The notes below the pieces were generated by a model, which was not told the DNA's origin, did not search any database, and was given only the letters and a program-made list of their open reading frames with translations. Both the position numbers and the translations under genes were made by a program. Shown here piece after piece: positions 1 to 8,397 of a DNA stretch of 64,000 nucleotides (position 1 is the stretch's first letter; each line of letters starts with the position of its first letter). Source of the DNA: Deltaproteobacteria bacterium (GTDB taxonomy: Bacteria; Desulfobacterota; Desulfobaccia; Desulfobaccales; 0-14-0-80-60-11); the NCBI GenBank assembly GCA_030018495.1, contig JASEFS010000001.1, forward strand, positions 161,285 to 225,284, read 5' to 3'.

Positions 1-1
1 C

Positions 2-196
2 TTTGACAATGAGACGGCCACATCTTTGGAGGTGCATATCTTTGATTTTTCCGGAGACCTGTACGGCGAGAAGCTAGACGTGGAATTCATCGCCCGTCTC
101 CGGGAGGAGCGGCGTTTCCCTTCCATAGAAGCGCTGGCCGCCCAGATCCGGGCGGATATCGAGGTGGCGCGCCAAGTCTTGAGGGAGGGCAGATAG
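2..196 (+). CDS. ribF: C-terminal end of bifunctional riboflavin kinase/FMN adenylyltransferase (5' part outside window)
   Basis: Frame open from window edge to TAG 194-196. Translation ...LEVHIFDFSGDLYGEKLDVEFIARLREERRFPSIEALAAQIRADIEVARQVL is the typical riboflavin-kinase C-terminus. Confidence 0.8.
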   Translation, partial: FDNETATSLEVHIFDFSGDLYGEKLDVEFIARLREERRFPSIEALAAQIRADIEVARQVLREGR

Positions 197-335
197 AGAC
201 GTTCACGGTTGCCTGTGGTCTCAGTATAAAGAGCATAAGATAATTACAGGGCGGCATGGAGGCCTGCGAATGCCCCTGGTTTTGCAGAAAAACGGCTTGA
301 CATCGGTCTAAAAAAGTAATAAAAAGAATAAATAA

Positions 336-411
336 GCGGGCATAGCTCAGTTGGTAGAGTACAAGCTTCCCAAGCTTGGTGTCGCGGGTTCGAATCCCGT
401 TGCCCGCTCCA
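336..411 (+). tRNA. tRNA-Gly (anticodon CCC), CCA encoded
   Basis: Hand-folded cloverleaf: acceptor gcgggca/tgcccgc, D stem gctc/gagt, anticodon stem caagc/gcttg with loop ttCCCaa, T arm gcggg-ttcgaat-cccgt, discriminator t, then cca. Confidence 0.9.
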
Positions 412-562
412 TTTCAAAGGCCATGGGGCCTTTGGATGACCCGCTTCCCCCGGCGAGGGGGCCGGCTTAAGTAGACAGGGGCGGCCGGCCAGCTTTACCG
501 GGCGGAGAATGGTAGCAGCTCTGGGGACGCCCCGAGATTTAAAAAGTCTTGGTTTTCCCGGA

Positions 563-588
563 AGTGGGCTTGCGCCCGCTTTTTTTTT
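563..588 (+). terminator. Rho-independent terminator-like hairpin plus T-run
   Basis: agtgggc-ttgc-gcccgct (7 bp including one G.U) followed by T9. Lies about 150 nt after the tRNA and just before the DUF202 ORF. Confidence 0.5.
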
Positions 589-596
589 GAGGTGCC

Positions 597-983
597 GTGT
601 TTAACAAACTAAAAAGCTTTTTGTTCGGCTCCGGCGGGCAACGGATTTCAGAAATTATTGGTATGGTGCCGAAGACGGACCTTGCCAATGAGTTGAAAGA
701 GCCCATCGTCCGGGACGTGATGGCCATTGAGCGCACTGTCCTGGCCAATGAGCGGACGTTTCTGGCCTTCTGGCGCACGGCTCTCACAATGTTCATTGCA
801 GGACTGACGTTCCTGCAGTTCTTTGAGAACAGAGCGGTTCAAATAGTGGGCTGGGTCTTCATCCCCACCGCGATGGCGGTATTTATCCAGGGGATCAGGG
901 TCTACCGCAAAATGTGCCAGGTCATCAAGCAGGCCGAGCAGACGGTGGCAATGGAAACCGGCAACCGCTGCGGGATTAAATAA
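597..983 (+). CDS. DUF202 (YidH-like) small membrane protein
   Basis: Motif ERTVLANERTFLAFWRTAL followed by hydrophobic helices. Start uncertain (GTG 597 or ATG 663). Confidence 0.65.
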   Translation: MFNKLKSFLFGSGGQRISEIIGMVPKTDLANELKEPIVRDVMAIERTVLANERTFLAFWRTALTMFIAGLTFLQFFENRAVQIVGWVFIPTAMAVFIQGIRVYRKMCQVIKQAEQTVAMETGNRCGIK

Positions 984-1000
984 GGACGCAGTAAGCCATT

Positions 1001-1022
1001 AGCTTTAAGCTTTAGGCTGAGC
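1001..1022. repeat. Heptamer tandem repeat, AGCTTWA family (about 3 units)
   Basis: agcttta agcttta ggctgag, 18 nt after the DUF202 stop. Confidence 0.7.
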
Positions 1023-1053
1023 AAGGCAAAATTATAAGTGAGGCCGAATTATT

Positions 1054-1090
1054 CCCCTCATCCCGACCTCTCCCCGGAGGGTAGAGGGAA
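1054..1090. repeat. GC-rich hairpin repeat (CCTCTCCC-N-GGGAGAGG type), copy 1
   Basis: cccctcatcccgacctctccccggagggtagagggaa is similar to 40927-40963 (caccctcaccctaacctctccctcaagggagagggaa). Confidence 0.5.
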
Positions 1091-1155
1091 AACAGCTACT
1101 GAGCAGGGATTTTGGCTCTTTCTGGGGCGACTGAAAACCGGGGTTCTGACAACCG

Positions 1156-2190
1156 ATGCCGTTGCGTCTGATGGAACTGATGCTGGCCGCCGAGCACGTG
1201 GATGAAGTAAAAGAGCTGCTCAAAGATGAGCCCGTTGTCGATGTTTGGTATGACCGGGTTTCCGAGACCCAGGTGTTGATCAAAATCCTGGCGTCCATGG
1301 AAGAAACGGAACACCTCATCGACCTGCTGGACAAGAATTTTTCCATGTTGGACGGTTTTCGGCTCATCCTCCTGCCGGTGGCCGCGTCGGTGCCCCGGGT
1401 GGAGGAGGAAGAAAAACCCCAGAAACCCGAACCGGAGGAAGAGCGCAAAAAGGCCGAGCGCCTCAGCCGGGAGGAGCTGTACGCCACCATCAAGGACACG
1501 GCCAAGCTGAACCGGGTATATCTGGTCATGGTGGTGATGTCCACCATTGTGGCGGCTATCGGGCTCTTGAGGGACAACGTGGCGGTGGTCATCGGGGCCA
1601 TGGTGATTGCACCGATGTTGGGGCCGGTAATCGGCCTGGCACTGGCCACCACGCTGGGGGACTGGGACCTGGCCCGCCATGCCCTCAAGGCGAACGCGGC
1701 AGGTCTGCTGCTGGGCTTGGTGCTGGCGTTGTTTATGGGATATTGGTTGGAGGTCAATCCTTATATCCCGGCCATCGCCTCCCGGACCGAAATCGCCTTG
1801 GGAGACGTGGCACTGGCCCTGGCTTCCGGTGTTGCCGGGGCGTTGGCCTTCACCACCGGGGTGCCGGCGGCGCTTATCGGGGTAATGGTGGCGGTGGCCC
1901 TCCTGCCGCCTCTGGCGGTTGTTGGTCTCTTAATCGGTTCGGGCCACTGGACGCTGGGCCTGGGTGCGCTCCTGTTGCTGGGCACCAATATAATTTGCGT
2001 CAACCTGGCCGGGGTCATAAGTTTTTGGGTCCAGGGCGTGCGGCCCACCACCTGGTGGGAGGAAAACATCGCCCGCCGGGCCACCAAAGCGGTCATTATT
2101 TCATGTGCGGCGCTTCTGGCCTTGTTGGTCGCGGTGATTTTATTGTCCCGCAAAATCGGGGCGCCGATGATTTTAAAGGGAATCTTTTAA
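1156..2190 (+). CDS. TIGR00341/DUF389-like integral membrane protein
   Basis: Soluble N-terminal domain, charged linker (EEEEKPQKPEPEEERKK), then multi-TM region with VIGAMVIAPMLGPVIGLALA-type motifs. Confidence 0.65.
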   Translation: MPLRLMELMLAAEHVDEVKELLKDEPVVDVWYDRVSETQVLIKILASMEETEHLIDLLDKNFSMLDGFRLILLPVAASVPRVEEEEKPQKPEPEEERKKAERLSREELYATIKDTAKLNRVYLVMVVMSTIVAAIGLLRDNVAVVIGAMVIAPMLGPVIGLALATTLGDWDLARHALKANAAGLLLGLVLALFMGYWLEVNPYIPAIASRTEIALGDVALALASGVAGALAFTTGVPAALIGVMVAVALLPPLAVVGLLIGSGHWTLGLGALLLLGTNIICVNLAGVISFWVQGVRPTTWWEENIARRATKAVIISCAALLALLVAVILLSRKIGAPMILKGIF

Positions 2191-2661
2191 GTGGCCGAAT
2201 TGAGCAACGCGGAAATTGTGGCCCGGGTGGAGGAACTGCTTAAACCGCTGGTGGAGGCCCAGGGACTGGAGCTGGTGGAAGTGCAATTCACCAGGCCGAG
2301 GCGAGGGCGGGTCAATCTGCGCGTTTTTCTTGACCGGCCAGGGGGTATTACCCTGGAGGAAATCACCCGGGTCAGCCGGGTGGCAGGGAACCTGTTGGAT
2401 GTTCACGATTTCATCGCGCCGTCCTACAACCTGGAGGTTTCCTCGCCGGGGCTGACCAGGGAGTTGAAAAAGCGCCAGGATTACCAGCGCTACTCCGGGC
2501 GGCTGGTGCGCCTCACCACCCGCAGCGCCATCGGCGGCCGGCAGGTGCACCGGGGCATTTTGCAGGGCCTGGAGGAAGGTGAGGTCGTCTGCCTGGAAGA
2601 GGACGGCGAAGTGCAGCGGATTCCGTTGGCAGAGGTGGCCAAGGCGCGGCTGGATATTTAG
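2191..2661 (+). CDS. rimP: Ribosome maturation factor RimP
   Basis: GTG start abutting the upstream stop. Motif SYNLEVSSPGLTRELK. Position directly upstream of nusA. Confidence 0.9.
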   Translation: MAELSNAEIVARVEELLKPLVEAQGLELVEVQFTRPRRGRVNLRVFLDRPGGITLEEITRVSRVAGNLLDVHDFIAPSYNLEVSSPGLTRELKKRQDYQRYSGRLVRLTTRSAIGGRQVHRGILQGLEEGEVVCLEEDGEVQRIPLAEVAKARLDI

Positions 2662-2664
2662 AGA

Positions 2665-2700
2665 CAGTGGTCAGTGGTCAGTGGCCAGTGGTCAGTTGGT
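2665..2700. repeat. Heptamer tandem repeat, CAGTGGT family (about 5 units)
   Basis: cagtggt cagtggt cagtggc cagtggt cagttggt, starting 4 nt after the rimP stop. Confidence 0.85.
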
Positions 2701-2788
2701 AAGAGTAGGACGGCAAATAAGTTATTTCACGGTGTTCAATTTGATTCAAGTGAGCATCGAAGGTTTTTAAATAAATCTGAAAATTCAA

Positions 2789-2825
2789 AGCTTAAAGCTG
2801 ACAGCTTAGAGCTTATAGCTTTATA
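2789..2825. repeat. Heptamer tandem repeat, AGCTTWA family (about 5 units)
   Basis: agcttaa agctgac agcttag agcttat agcttta, ending about 20 nt before the nusA ATG. Confidence 0.85.
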
Positions 2826-2846
2826 AAAGGAGGCCTGGCGCCATTT

Positions 2847-4130
2847 ATGAATCTGGAGCTAAGGCGAATAATTGAGCAAGTGAGCCGGGACAAGGGCATC
2901 GACAAGGAGCTGCTTATCTCGGCCATCAAGGACGCGGTGCGCTCAGCAGCCAGAAAGAAGTACGGCCCGCGTCTGGACCTGGAAGTCGAGTATAAGGAAG
3001 ACACCGGGGAAATTGAAGTATTTCAATATAAAGAAGTGGTGACCGAAGTCACGGACCCCAGCCGGGAGATCAGCCTGGAAGAAGGGCGGGCCCTGGACGC
3101 GGAATGTGAAGTCGGGGATTCGCTGGGCATCAAGATGGATGCCAGCAGCCTGGGCCGCATCGCCGCGCAATCCGCCAAGCAGGTCATCATGCAGCGCATG
3201 AAAGATGCGGAACGTGACTTGGTGTACGAAGATTTTAAGGACCGGAAGAACGAAATCATCAACGGCATCGTTCAGCGCCTGGACCCTGAAGGCATAATCG
3301 TCAACCTGGGACGCACCGAAGCGCTGCTGCCGCCTTCCGAGCAGGTGCCTCGGGAGATTTACCACAAAGGGGAGCGCATCCGGGCCTACCTGTTGGACGT
3401 CAAGCGTCAGACCAGGGGGCCGCAAATCATCCTGTCCCGCACGCATCCTCAATTTCTGGTGCAGCTTTTCGAAGCGGAGGTGCCGGAAATAGCTGAGGGC
3501 ATCGTGCAAATCCTGGGATGCGCCAGGGAGCCGGGCAGCCGCGCCAAGATCGCGGTGGCCTCCCGGGACTCGGATGTGGACCCGGTGGGCGCCTGTGTAG
3601 GCTTAAAAGGCGCCCGGGTGCAGAACATCGTGCAGGAGCTGCGCGGGGAGAAAATCGACATTATTCCCTGGAGCCCGGACGTGGCCAAGTTTGCCACCAA
3701 TGCGCTGGCGCCTGCTGAAGTGAGCCGCATAATCATGAACAAGGAAAGCCAGACCATGGAGGTCATCGTGCCCGATGACCAGCTCTCTCTGGCCATCGGC
3801 AAACGGGGCCAAAACGTGCGGCTGGCCTCCCGGCTGGTGGGCTGGAAGATCGACGTCAAAACGGAGTCCAAATACTCCAAGTCCCTGAAAGAGGGCTACC
3901 TGTCGCTGCTCAGCATTCCCGGGGTGGGCGAGATCACGGCCAATCTGCTGCACGAGGCGGGCTACACTTCCGCCAAAGAGGTGGCGGAGACCAGTCTCGA
4001 TGACCTGATCCAGGCTACCGGGCTTACAGAAAAGAAGGCCGCCGGTCTCATTGCCGCGGCCAAGGAAATGATCGGCAAAAAGGCGGCGGAGGCTGAAGCG
4101 GAAGCCGCCGGGAATCCGGCAGAAGGATAA
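2847..4130 (+). CDS. nusA: Transcription termination/antitermination factor NusA
   Basis: S1 and KH motifs ([11 protein letters not shown]; [29 protein letters not shown]; [23 protein letters not shown]). AGGAGG upstream. Confidence 0.95.
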   Translation: MNLELRRIIEQVSRDKGIDKELLISAIKDAVRSAARKKYGPRLDLEVEYKEDTGEIEVFQYKEVVTEVTDPSREISLEEGRALDAECEVGDSLGIKMDASSLGRIAAQSAKQVIMQRMKDAERDLVYEDFKDRKNEIINGIVQRLDPEGIIVNLGRTEALLPPSEQVPREIYHKGERIRAYLLDVKRQTRGPQIILSRTHPQFLVQLFEAEVPEIAEGIVQILGCAREPGSRAKIAVASRDSDVDPVGACVGLKGARVQNIVQELRGEKIDIIPWSPDVAKFATNALAPAEVSRIIMNKESQTMEVIVPDDQLSLAIGKRGQNVRLASRLVGWKIDVKTESKYSKSLKEGYLSLLSIPGVGEITANLLHEAGYTSAKEVAETSLDDLIQATGLTEKKAAGLIAAAKEMIGKKAAEAEAEAAGNPAEG

Positions 4131-4181
4131 TAATTGGCAACCAGCAATACGGAAACATCATACGGGGGTAAATCGAGGTTT

Positions 4182-6884
4182 ATGGCCAGAACAAGGGTAA
4201 TAAATTTAGCCAAGGAACTCAAGGTGGACGTTCGGGATCTTTTGCAGCGCCTGAAGGAAGACCTGGGTCTGCAAGTTGACAACTATCTCAGCTCCTTAGA
4301 CGAGGAAATGGCGGAAAAGGTGCGGCAAACTATGAGCCAATTGGCGCCTCAGGTTGAGGAGCTGCGGATAGGAGAAAATATCAAGCGGCGCCGGCGGGTG
4401 GCTCCCGTGGTGGTGACGCCGCCTTCCGCTCCCCGGGAGGGGGAGGAAGAAGCGCCGGCCGAGCCTGCCCCGAAGCCACCGATAAGACCTCTCAAAGCCA
4501 AAAAGCCGAAAGAGGTCAAGGCCCGGGTGGTGTCTTTGCCGGTGCAGGAAAAGGCGCCGGAAATAGAACCGGCCGTTCCTCCGGAAGCAGAAGCCCCGAT
4601 ACCCCCTGTAGAGAAGAAGCCGAAGAAGACGGCGGCAAAGGCAGCGCCTCCTCCAGAGGCCGTGTCTGAGGCCAAGCCTGCCCCCGAGGAGGCCGCGCCG
4701 GAGCGCGCTCCGGCCAAGCGCCTGCGCAAGGCAAAAAAGAAAGACGTCCCGGCTCGAGTTATCAGTCTGCCTCCTGAAGGAGCCGCGGCGCCGGCCCCTG
4801 CCGAAATCACCCCGGAAATAGAGCCCGCAGCGCCTCGAGAAGCGCGGGAGACTCGCCCTGCGGCCGAGGCCAAAGCGGCACCTGAGGTGAAAAAGCCCGA
4901 AGTCAAACCGAAAAAACGGGGCAAACGGGAAGTGGTGGAAATGCCGCCCCGGGGCAAGCCCGTGAAGAAGCGGGAAATCCGGGAGCGGGCCGACCTGTAT
5001 GCCGAAGGTGAAGTCCGGGGCGTTCCTGCCAAGAGAAGGGGTCTCAAAAAGGGAGTCAAGAAGATTTCCCGGGCTGAGCTCACGGTGCCCAAGGCCATCA
5101 AACGGCGCATCAAGGTGGGCGAATCCATTACCGTGGGCGATCTGGCCAAGCGCATGGGCATCAAGTCCAGCGAAGTTATCAAACAGTTGCTGGGCATGGG
5201 GGTGATGGCCAACATCAACTACCCCATCGACTTCGACTCAGCGGTATTGGTGGCCAGCGAGTTCGGCTTTGAAGTGGAGCGGGCCGCCATGCTGGAAGAA
5301 GACCTGCTGGCCGCAGTGGCGCAGGAAGGTGAGTTAACCCCCCGTCCGCCGGTGGTTACCATCATGGGCCACGTGGACCACGGCAAGACCTCGCTCCTGG
5401 ATGTCATCCGGCAGACCCGGGTTACCGAGGCGGAGGCGGGAGGCATCACCCAGCATATCGGCGCATATCACGTCACCCTGCCCCACGGGCGCGGCGACGT
5501 GGTCTTTCTGGACACCCCGGGTCACGAGGCCTTTACCGCCATGCGGGCCCGCGGCGCCCAGGTCACTGACCTGGTGGTGCTGGTGGTGGCCGCGGACGAC
5601 GGCGTCATGGAGCAAACCCTGGAGGCCATCAACCATGCCAAGGCGGCCGGCGTACCCCTGGTGGTGGCGGTGAATAAAATCGACAAAGCCAACGCCAACC
5701 CGGAGCGGGTCAAGCGGGAACTGGCCAACATCGGCGTGGTTCCGGAAGAGTGGGGCGGCGACGTGCTCTTTGCAGAAGTTTCAGCCAAGCAAAAAATAGG
5801 CATCGAAGAGCTGTTGGAAAAAATTCTCCTGCAGGCAGAGATTCTGGAACTCAAGGCGCCCAAGGACATCCCCGCGCAGGGCCGCATCATCGAATCCCGC
5901 CTGGACAAGGGCAGGGGACCGGTGGGCACGGTGCTCGTGCAAAAGGGCACTCTTAAACAGGGGGATTACTTTGTCTGCGGCACCGAATACGGCCGGGTCC
6001 GGGCCATGTTCGACGACCTGGGCAATCGGGTGGAAGAAGCCACTCCGGGAATCCCTGTAGAAGTTCAGGGTTTCAGCGGCGTTCCCGAAGCCAGCGATGA
6101 ATTCCAGGTTATGGAAGACGAACGCAAGGCCAAGCAGATCGCCATGATGCGCCAGCAGAAGCAGCGCGAGGCGGTCCTGGCCCGCATGACCAAGGTAAGT
6201 CTGGAAAAACTTTACCAGCAGATCAAGGAAGGCGCGGTCAAAGAACTCAAAATGGTGCTCAAGGCCGACGTGCACGGCTCCATCGAGGCCTTGACCAAGG
6301 CCCTGTCGGAACTGGGCAACGAAGAAATCAAGGTCAACGTCATCCACACGGGCATCGGCGAAGTGACGGAAAGCGACATCATGCTGGCTTCGGCCTCCGA
6401 CGCCATTGTGGTGGGCTTCAATGTCAGGACCAACCCCAAGGCCCAGTCTCTGGCCGAAAGCGAGCAGGTGGATGTACGGTTCTACGACATCATTTACAAT
6501 CTGCTGAACGACGTCCAGGCGGCCCTGGAGGGCATGTTGGAGCCGGTCATCGAGGAGCGGGTGCTGGGGCAGGCGGAGGTGCGCCAGGTATTCACCATCT
6601 CCAGGGTCGGCACCATAGCCGGCTGCATGGTGCTGGACGGCAAAGTGGAGCGCAACGCCCTGGCCCGGGTGAAACGCCAAGGCGCGGTGGTCTTTGAAGG
6701 CGGCAAAATCACCTCGCTCAAGCGGTTTAAAGAGGACGTGAAAGAAGTGGCCAGCGGCTATGAATGCGGCATCGGCATCGATAGGTTCGGCGAGTTCCAA
6801 AACGGCGACATCATTGAGGTCTATGTGCAGGAAAAGGTCAAAGCCGAGCTGCCGACCCCGGGGGTCCGGGAGGCAAGGGAGTAG
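4182..6884 (+). CDS. infB: Translation initiation factor IF-2
   Basis: G domain VVTIMGHVDHGKTSLLD, DTPGHEAF, NKID. Long P/A/K/E-rich N-terminal region. ATG 4182 (GAGG upstream, MARTRVINLAKEL) preferred over TTG 4134. Confidence 0.95.
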   Translation: MARTRVINLAKELKVDVRDLLQRLKEDLGLQVDNYLSSLDEEMAEKVRQTMSQLAPQVEELRIGENIKRRRRVAPVVVTPPSAPREGEEEAPAEPAPKPPIRPLKAKKPKEVKARVVSLPVQEKAPEIEPAVPPEAEAPIPPVEKKPKKTAAKAAPPPEAVSEAKPAPEEAAPERAPAKRLRKAKKKDVPARVISLPPEGAAAPAPAEITPEIEPAAPREARETRPAAEAKAAPEVKKPEVKPKKRGKREVVEMPPRGKPVKKREIRERADLYAEGEVRGVPAKRRGLKKGVKKISRAELTVPKAIKRRIKVGESITVGDLAKRMGIKSSEVIKQLLGMGVMANINYPIDFDSAVLVASEFGFEVERAAMLEEDLLAAVAQEGELTPRPPVVTIMGHVDHGKTSLLDVIRQTRVTEAEAGGITQHIGAYHVTLPHGRGDVVFLDTPGHEAFTAMRARGAQVTDLVVLVVAADDGVMEQTLEAINHAKAAGVPLVVAVNKIDKANANPERVKRELANIGVVPEEWGGDVLFAEVSAKQKIGIEELLEKILLQAEILELKAPKDIPAQGRIIESRLDKGRGPVGTVLVQKGTLKQGDYFVCGTEYGRVRAMFDDLGNRVEEATPGIPVEVQGFSGVPEASDEFQVMEDERKAKQIAMMRQQKQREAVLARMTKVSLEKLYQQIKEGAVKELKMVLKADVHGSIEALTKALSELGNEEIKVNVIHTGIGEVTESDIMLASASDAIVVGFNVRTNPKAQSLAESEQVDVRFYDIIYNLLNDVQAALEGMLEPVIEERVLGQAEVRQVFTISRVGTIAGCMVLDGKVERNALARVKRQGAVVFEGGKITSLKRFKEDVKEVASGYECGIGIDRFGEFQNGDIIEVYVQEKVKAELPTPGVREARE

Positions 6885-6910
6885 CTTTAAGCTGTAAGCT
6901 ATAAGCTATA
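6883..6910. repeat. Heptamer tandem repeat, AGCTTWA family (4 units), overlapping the infB stop codon
   Basis: agcttta agctgta agctata agctata. The first unit contains the last two bases of the infB TAG. Confidence 0.85.
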
Positions 6911-7041
6911 GGCAACGCTTTTAATTCCGGAAATTGAGTTTCGGCATTGATAACTCAACATGCCAACTCCGGATAATACTTTTCGACTCCTCGGGTTAAT
7001 GCTGATTGACAAGGAAAAAGTGGTTAAACCTGTTTTTTTTC

Positions 7042-7076
7042 AGCTTAAAGCTTAAAGCCTAAAGCTTATAGCTATT
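7042..7076. repeat. Heptamer tandem repeat, AGCTTWA family (5 units)
   Basis: agcttaa agcttaa agcctaa agcttat agctatt, ending 16 nt before the DUF503 ATG. Confidence 0.85.
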
Positions 7077-7092
7077 TCGCGGAGCGCAACAA

Positions 7093-7386
7093 ATGATCGT
7101 CGCGGTGGCCCGCCTTACCCTGATGCTGCACGACAATAACTCCTTGAAGGGCAAGCGCAAGGTGGTGCGGAGCCTGATAGAAAAGGTGCGGCACCGCTTT
7201 GATGCCGCCGTTGCGGAGGTGGAAGACCACGACAAGTGGCAGCGGGCCAAGATCGGGGTAGCCTTGGTGGGCAACGATTCCACCTTGCTCAAGTCACGAC
7301 TGGATCAGATTATGCAGTTCATGGAAAACCAGCACTTGGCGGAAATCATCGATTCCCAGGTTGAGCTCTGCTACCTGGAAAGCTGA
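7093..7386 (+). CDS. DUF503 (YlxP-like) protein
   Basis: 97 aa, MIVAVARLTLMLHDNNSLKGKRKVV...AEVEDHDKWQRAKIGVALVGND. Typical position between infB and rbfA. Confidence 0.8.
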   Translation: MIVAVARLTLMLHDNNSLKGKRKVVRSLIEKVRHRFDAAVAEVEDHDKWQRAKIGVALVGNDSTLLKSRLDQIMQFMENQHLAEIIDSQVELCYLES

Positions 7387-7393
7387 CGTCGTC

Positions 7394-7756
7394 ATGCGAC
7401 CGAAGCACCCTGCCGGCAAGCGTCCCACCCGCGTCGCGGAACTTCTGCGGGAATCCCTGGCTTCGATTCTCCTTTACAAGTGCGCGGACCCCCGGCTCAA
7501 GGAGCTTACGATTACCGAAGTGGACATGAGTCCGGACCTCAAGCAGGCCAAGGTGTTCTATGTGGTGCGCAGCGGGACGGATATGGAAGACACGGCCGCG
7601 GCCCTGGACAAGGCCGCGGGTTTCATCAAGCAGGAGGTGGCCCGGGAGCGCATCCTGCGGACCATGCCAGAGTTGATTTTCCTGCCCGATAAAAGCTGGG
7701 AACGGGCCCAGCGGCTGGAGGAACTGCTCAAGGCCGCGAAGGAAGAGAAAGATTAG
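7394..7756 (+). CDS. rbfA: Ribosome-binding factor A
   Basis: KRPTRVAELLRESLASIL...DPRLKELTITEVDMSPDLKQAKVFY. ATG 7394 preferred over the upstream alternative start in the ORF track. Confidence 0.9.
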   Translation: MRPKHPAGKRPTRVAELLRESLASILLYKCADPRLKELTITEVDMSPDLKQAKVFYVVRSGTDMEDTAAALDKAAGFIKQEVARERILRTMPELIFLPDKSWERAQRLEELLKAAKEEKD

Positions 7757-7766
7757 AGGAGCCGTC

Positions 7767-7976
7767 ATGCCAAACAAAATGAAGAGAAGAGAGCCGGAAA
7801 TTATCCTGCGCAAAGGCAAGCCTGCGGCAGTAATCATTGACATAGACGACTATCAAGAGATGCTGGAAAAATTAGAAGATGTGGAAGATTTGCAGATGCT
7901 CGCAGAAATGCGCAAGAAACCTTTGCAGTTCAAGAAATTAGAGGAATTTATCAAGGAATTTAAGCCAGATGTATGA
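7767..7976 (+). CDS. Type II antitoxin, Phd/YefM-like
   Basis: 69 aa, KGKPAAVIIDIDDYQEMLEKLEDVEDLQ. AGAGGAG RBS. Its stop overlaps the toxin start. Confidence 0.7.
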   Translation: MPNKMKRREPEIILRKGKPAAVIIDIDDYQEMLEKLEDVEDLQMLAEMRKKPLQFKKLEEFIKEFKPDV

Positions 7977-8223
7977 GGTCTATCTGGAACAGGCGGCCCA
8001 GAAAGACCTAAGACGGTTGCCGGTGGATGTATTTCGGCGCGTCATGCCTGTAATTGAGACGTTGGCAGAAGACCCAAGGCCGCGAGGGTGCAGGAAAATC
8101 CACGGCAGTAAGAGCGATTGGCGGATTCGAATCGGGAGTTATCGAATAATTTACGAAATAGATGACAAATCCCAAATTGTGAGAATATTTCGCGTTCGCT
8201 ACCGAAAAGAGGCATATCGATAG
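7969..8223 (+). CDS. Type II toxin, RelE/ParE family
   Basis: 84 aa, ...LAEDPRPRGCRKIHGSKSDWRIRIGSYRIIYEIDDKSQIVRIFRVRYRKEAY. 8-nt overlap with the antitoxin gene. Confidence 0.8.
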   Translation: MYEVYLEQAAQKDLRRLPVDVFRRVMPVIETLAEDPRPRGCRKIHGSKSDWRIRIGSYRIIYEIDDKSQIVRIFRVRYRKEAYR

Positions 8224-8235
8224 TTTGCCACTGCT

Positions 8236-8397
8236 CGTTACCAAGCTGGAACTTGGGAACGGGAATGAAATGCCAAGCTCAGCTTGGCTGTTGGCAAAAG
8301 CGTTCCCAAGCGGGAGCTTGGGAACGGGGTTCAGATGCAGGGCGGGCACTGCCCGCCATATATAAAAATCAGTGGGCGGCGCCCACCCATATAAAAA
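8236..8397. repeat. Array of short hairpin repeats in the relE-truB spacer
   Basis: Three CCAAGC/GCTTGG hairpins, two followed by GGGAACGGG. Then two GC hairpins (ggcgggc-act-gcccgcc; gtgggcg-gcgcccac), each followed by CATATA(T)AAAAA. Confidence 0.6.

Noticed and set aside
539-842. Minus-strand ORFs of 85 aa and 64 aa overlapping the DUF202 gene start and the structured spacer.
   Set aside because: They are Arg/Ser-rich with no start context and lie antisense to a gene with a clear family motif.
2665-2825. Repeat arrays considered as a CRISPR-like locus.
   Set aside because: The units are 7 nt and directly tandem with no spacers, and no cas genes are present. They are simple heptamer repeats.
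4134-4181. TTG-initiated 16-codon extension of infB.
   Set aside because: ATG 4182 has a better SD context (GAGG) and gives the conserved MARTRVINLAKEL start. The extension cannot be excluded, but it is less likely.
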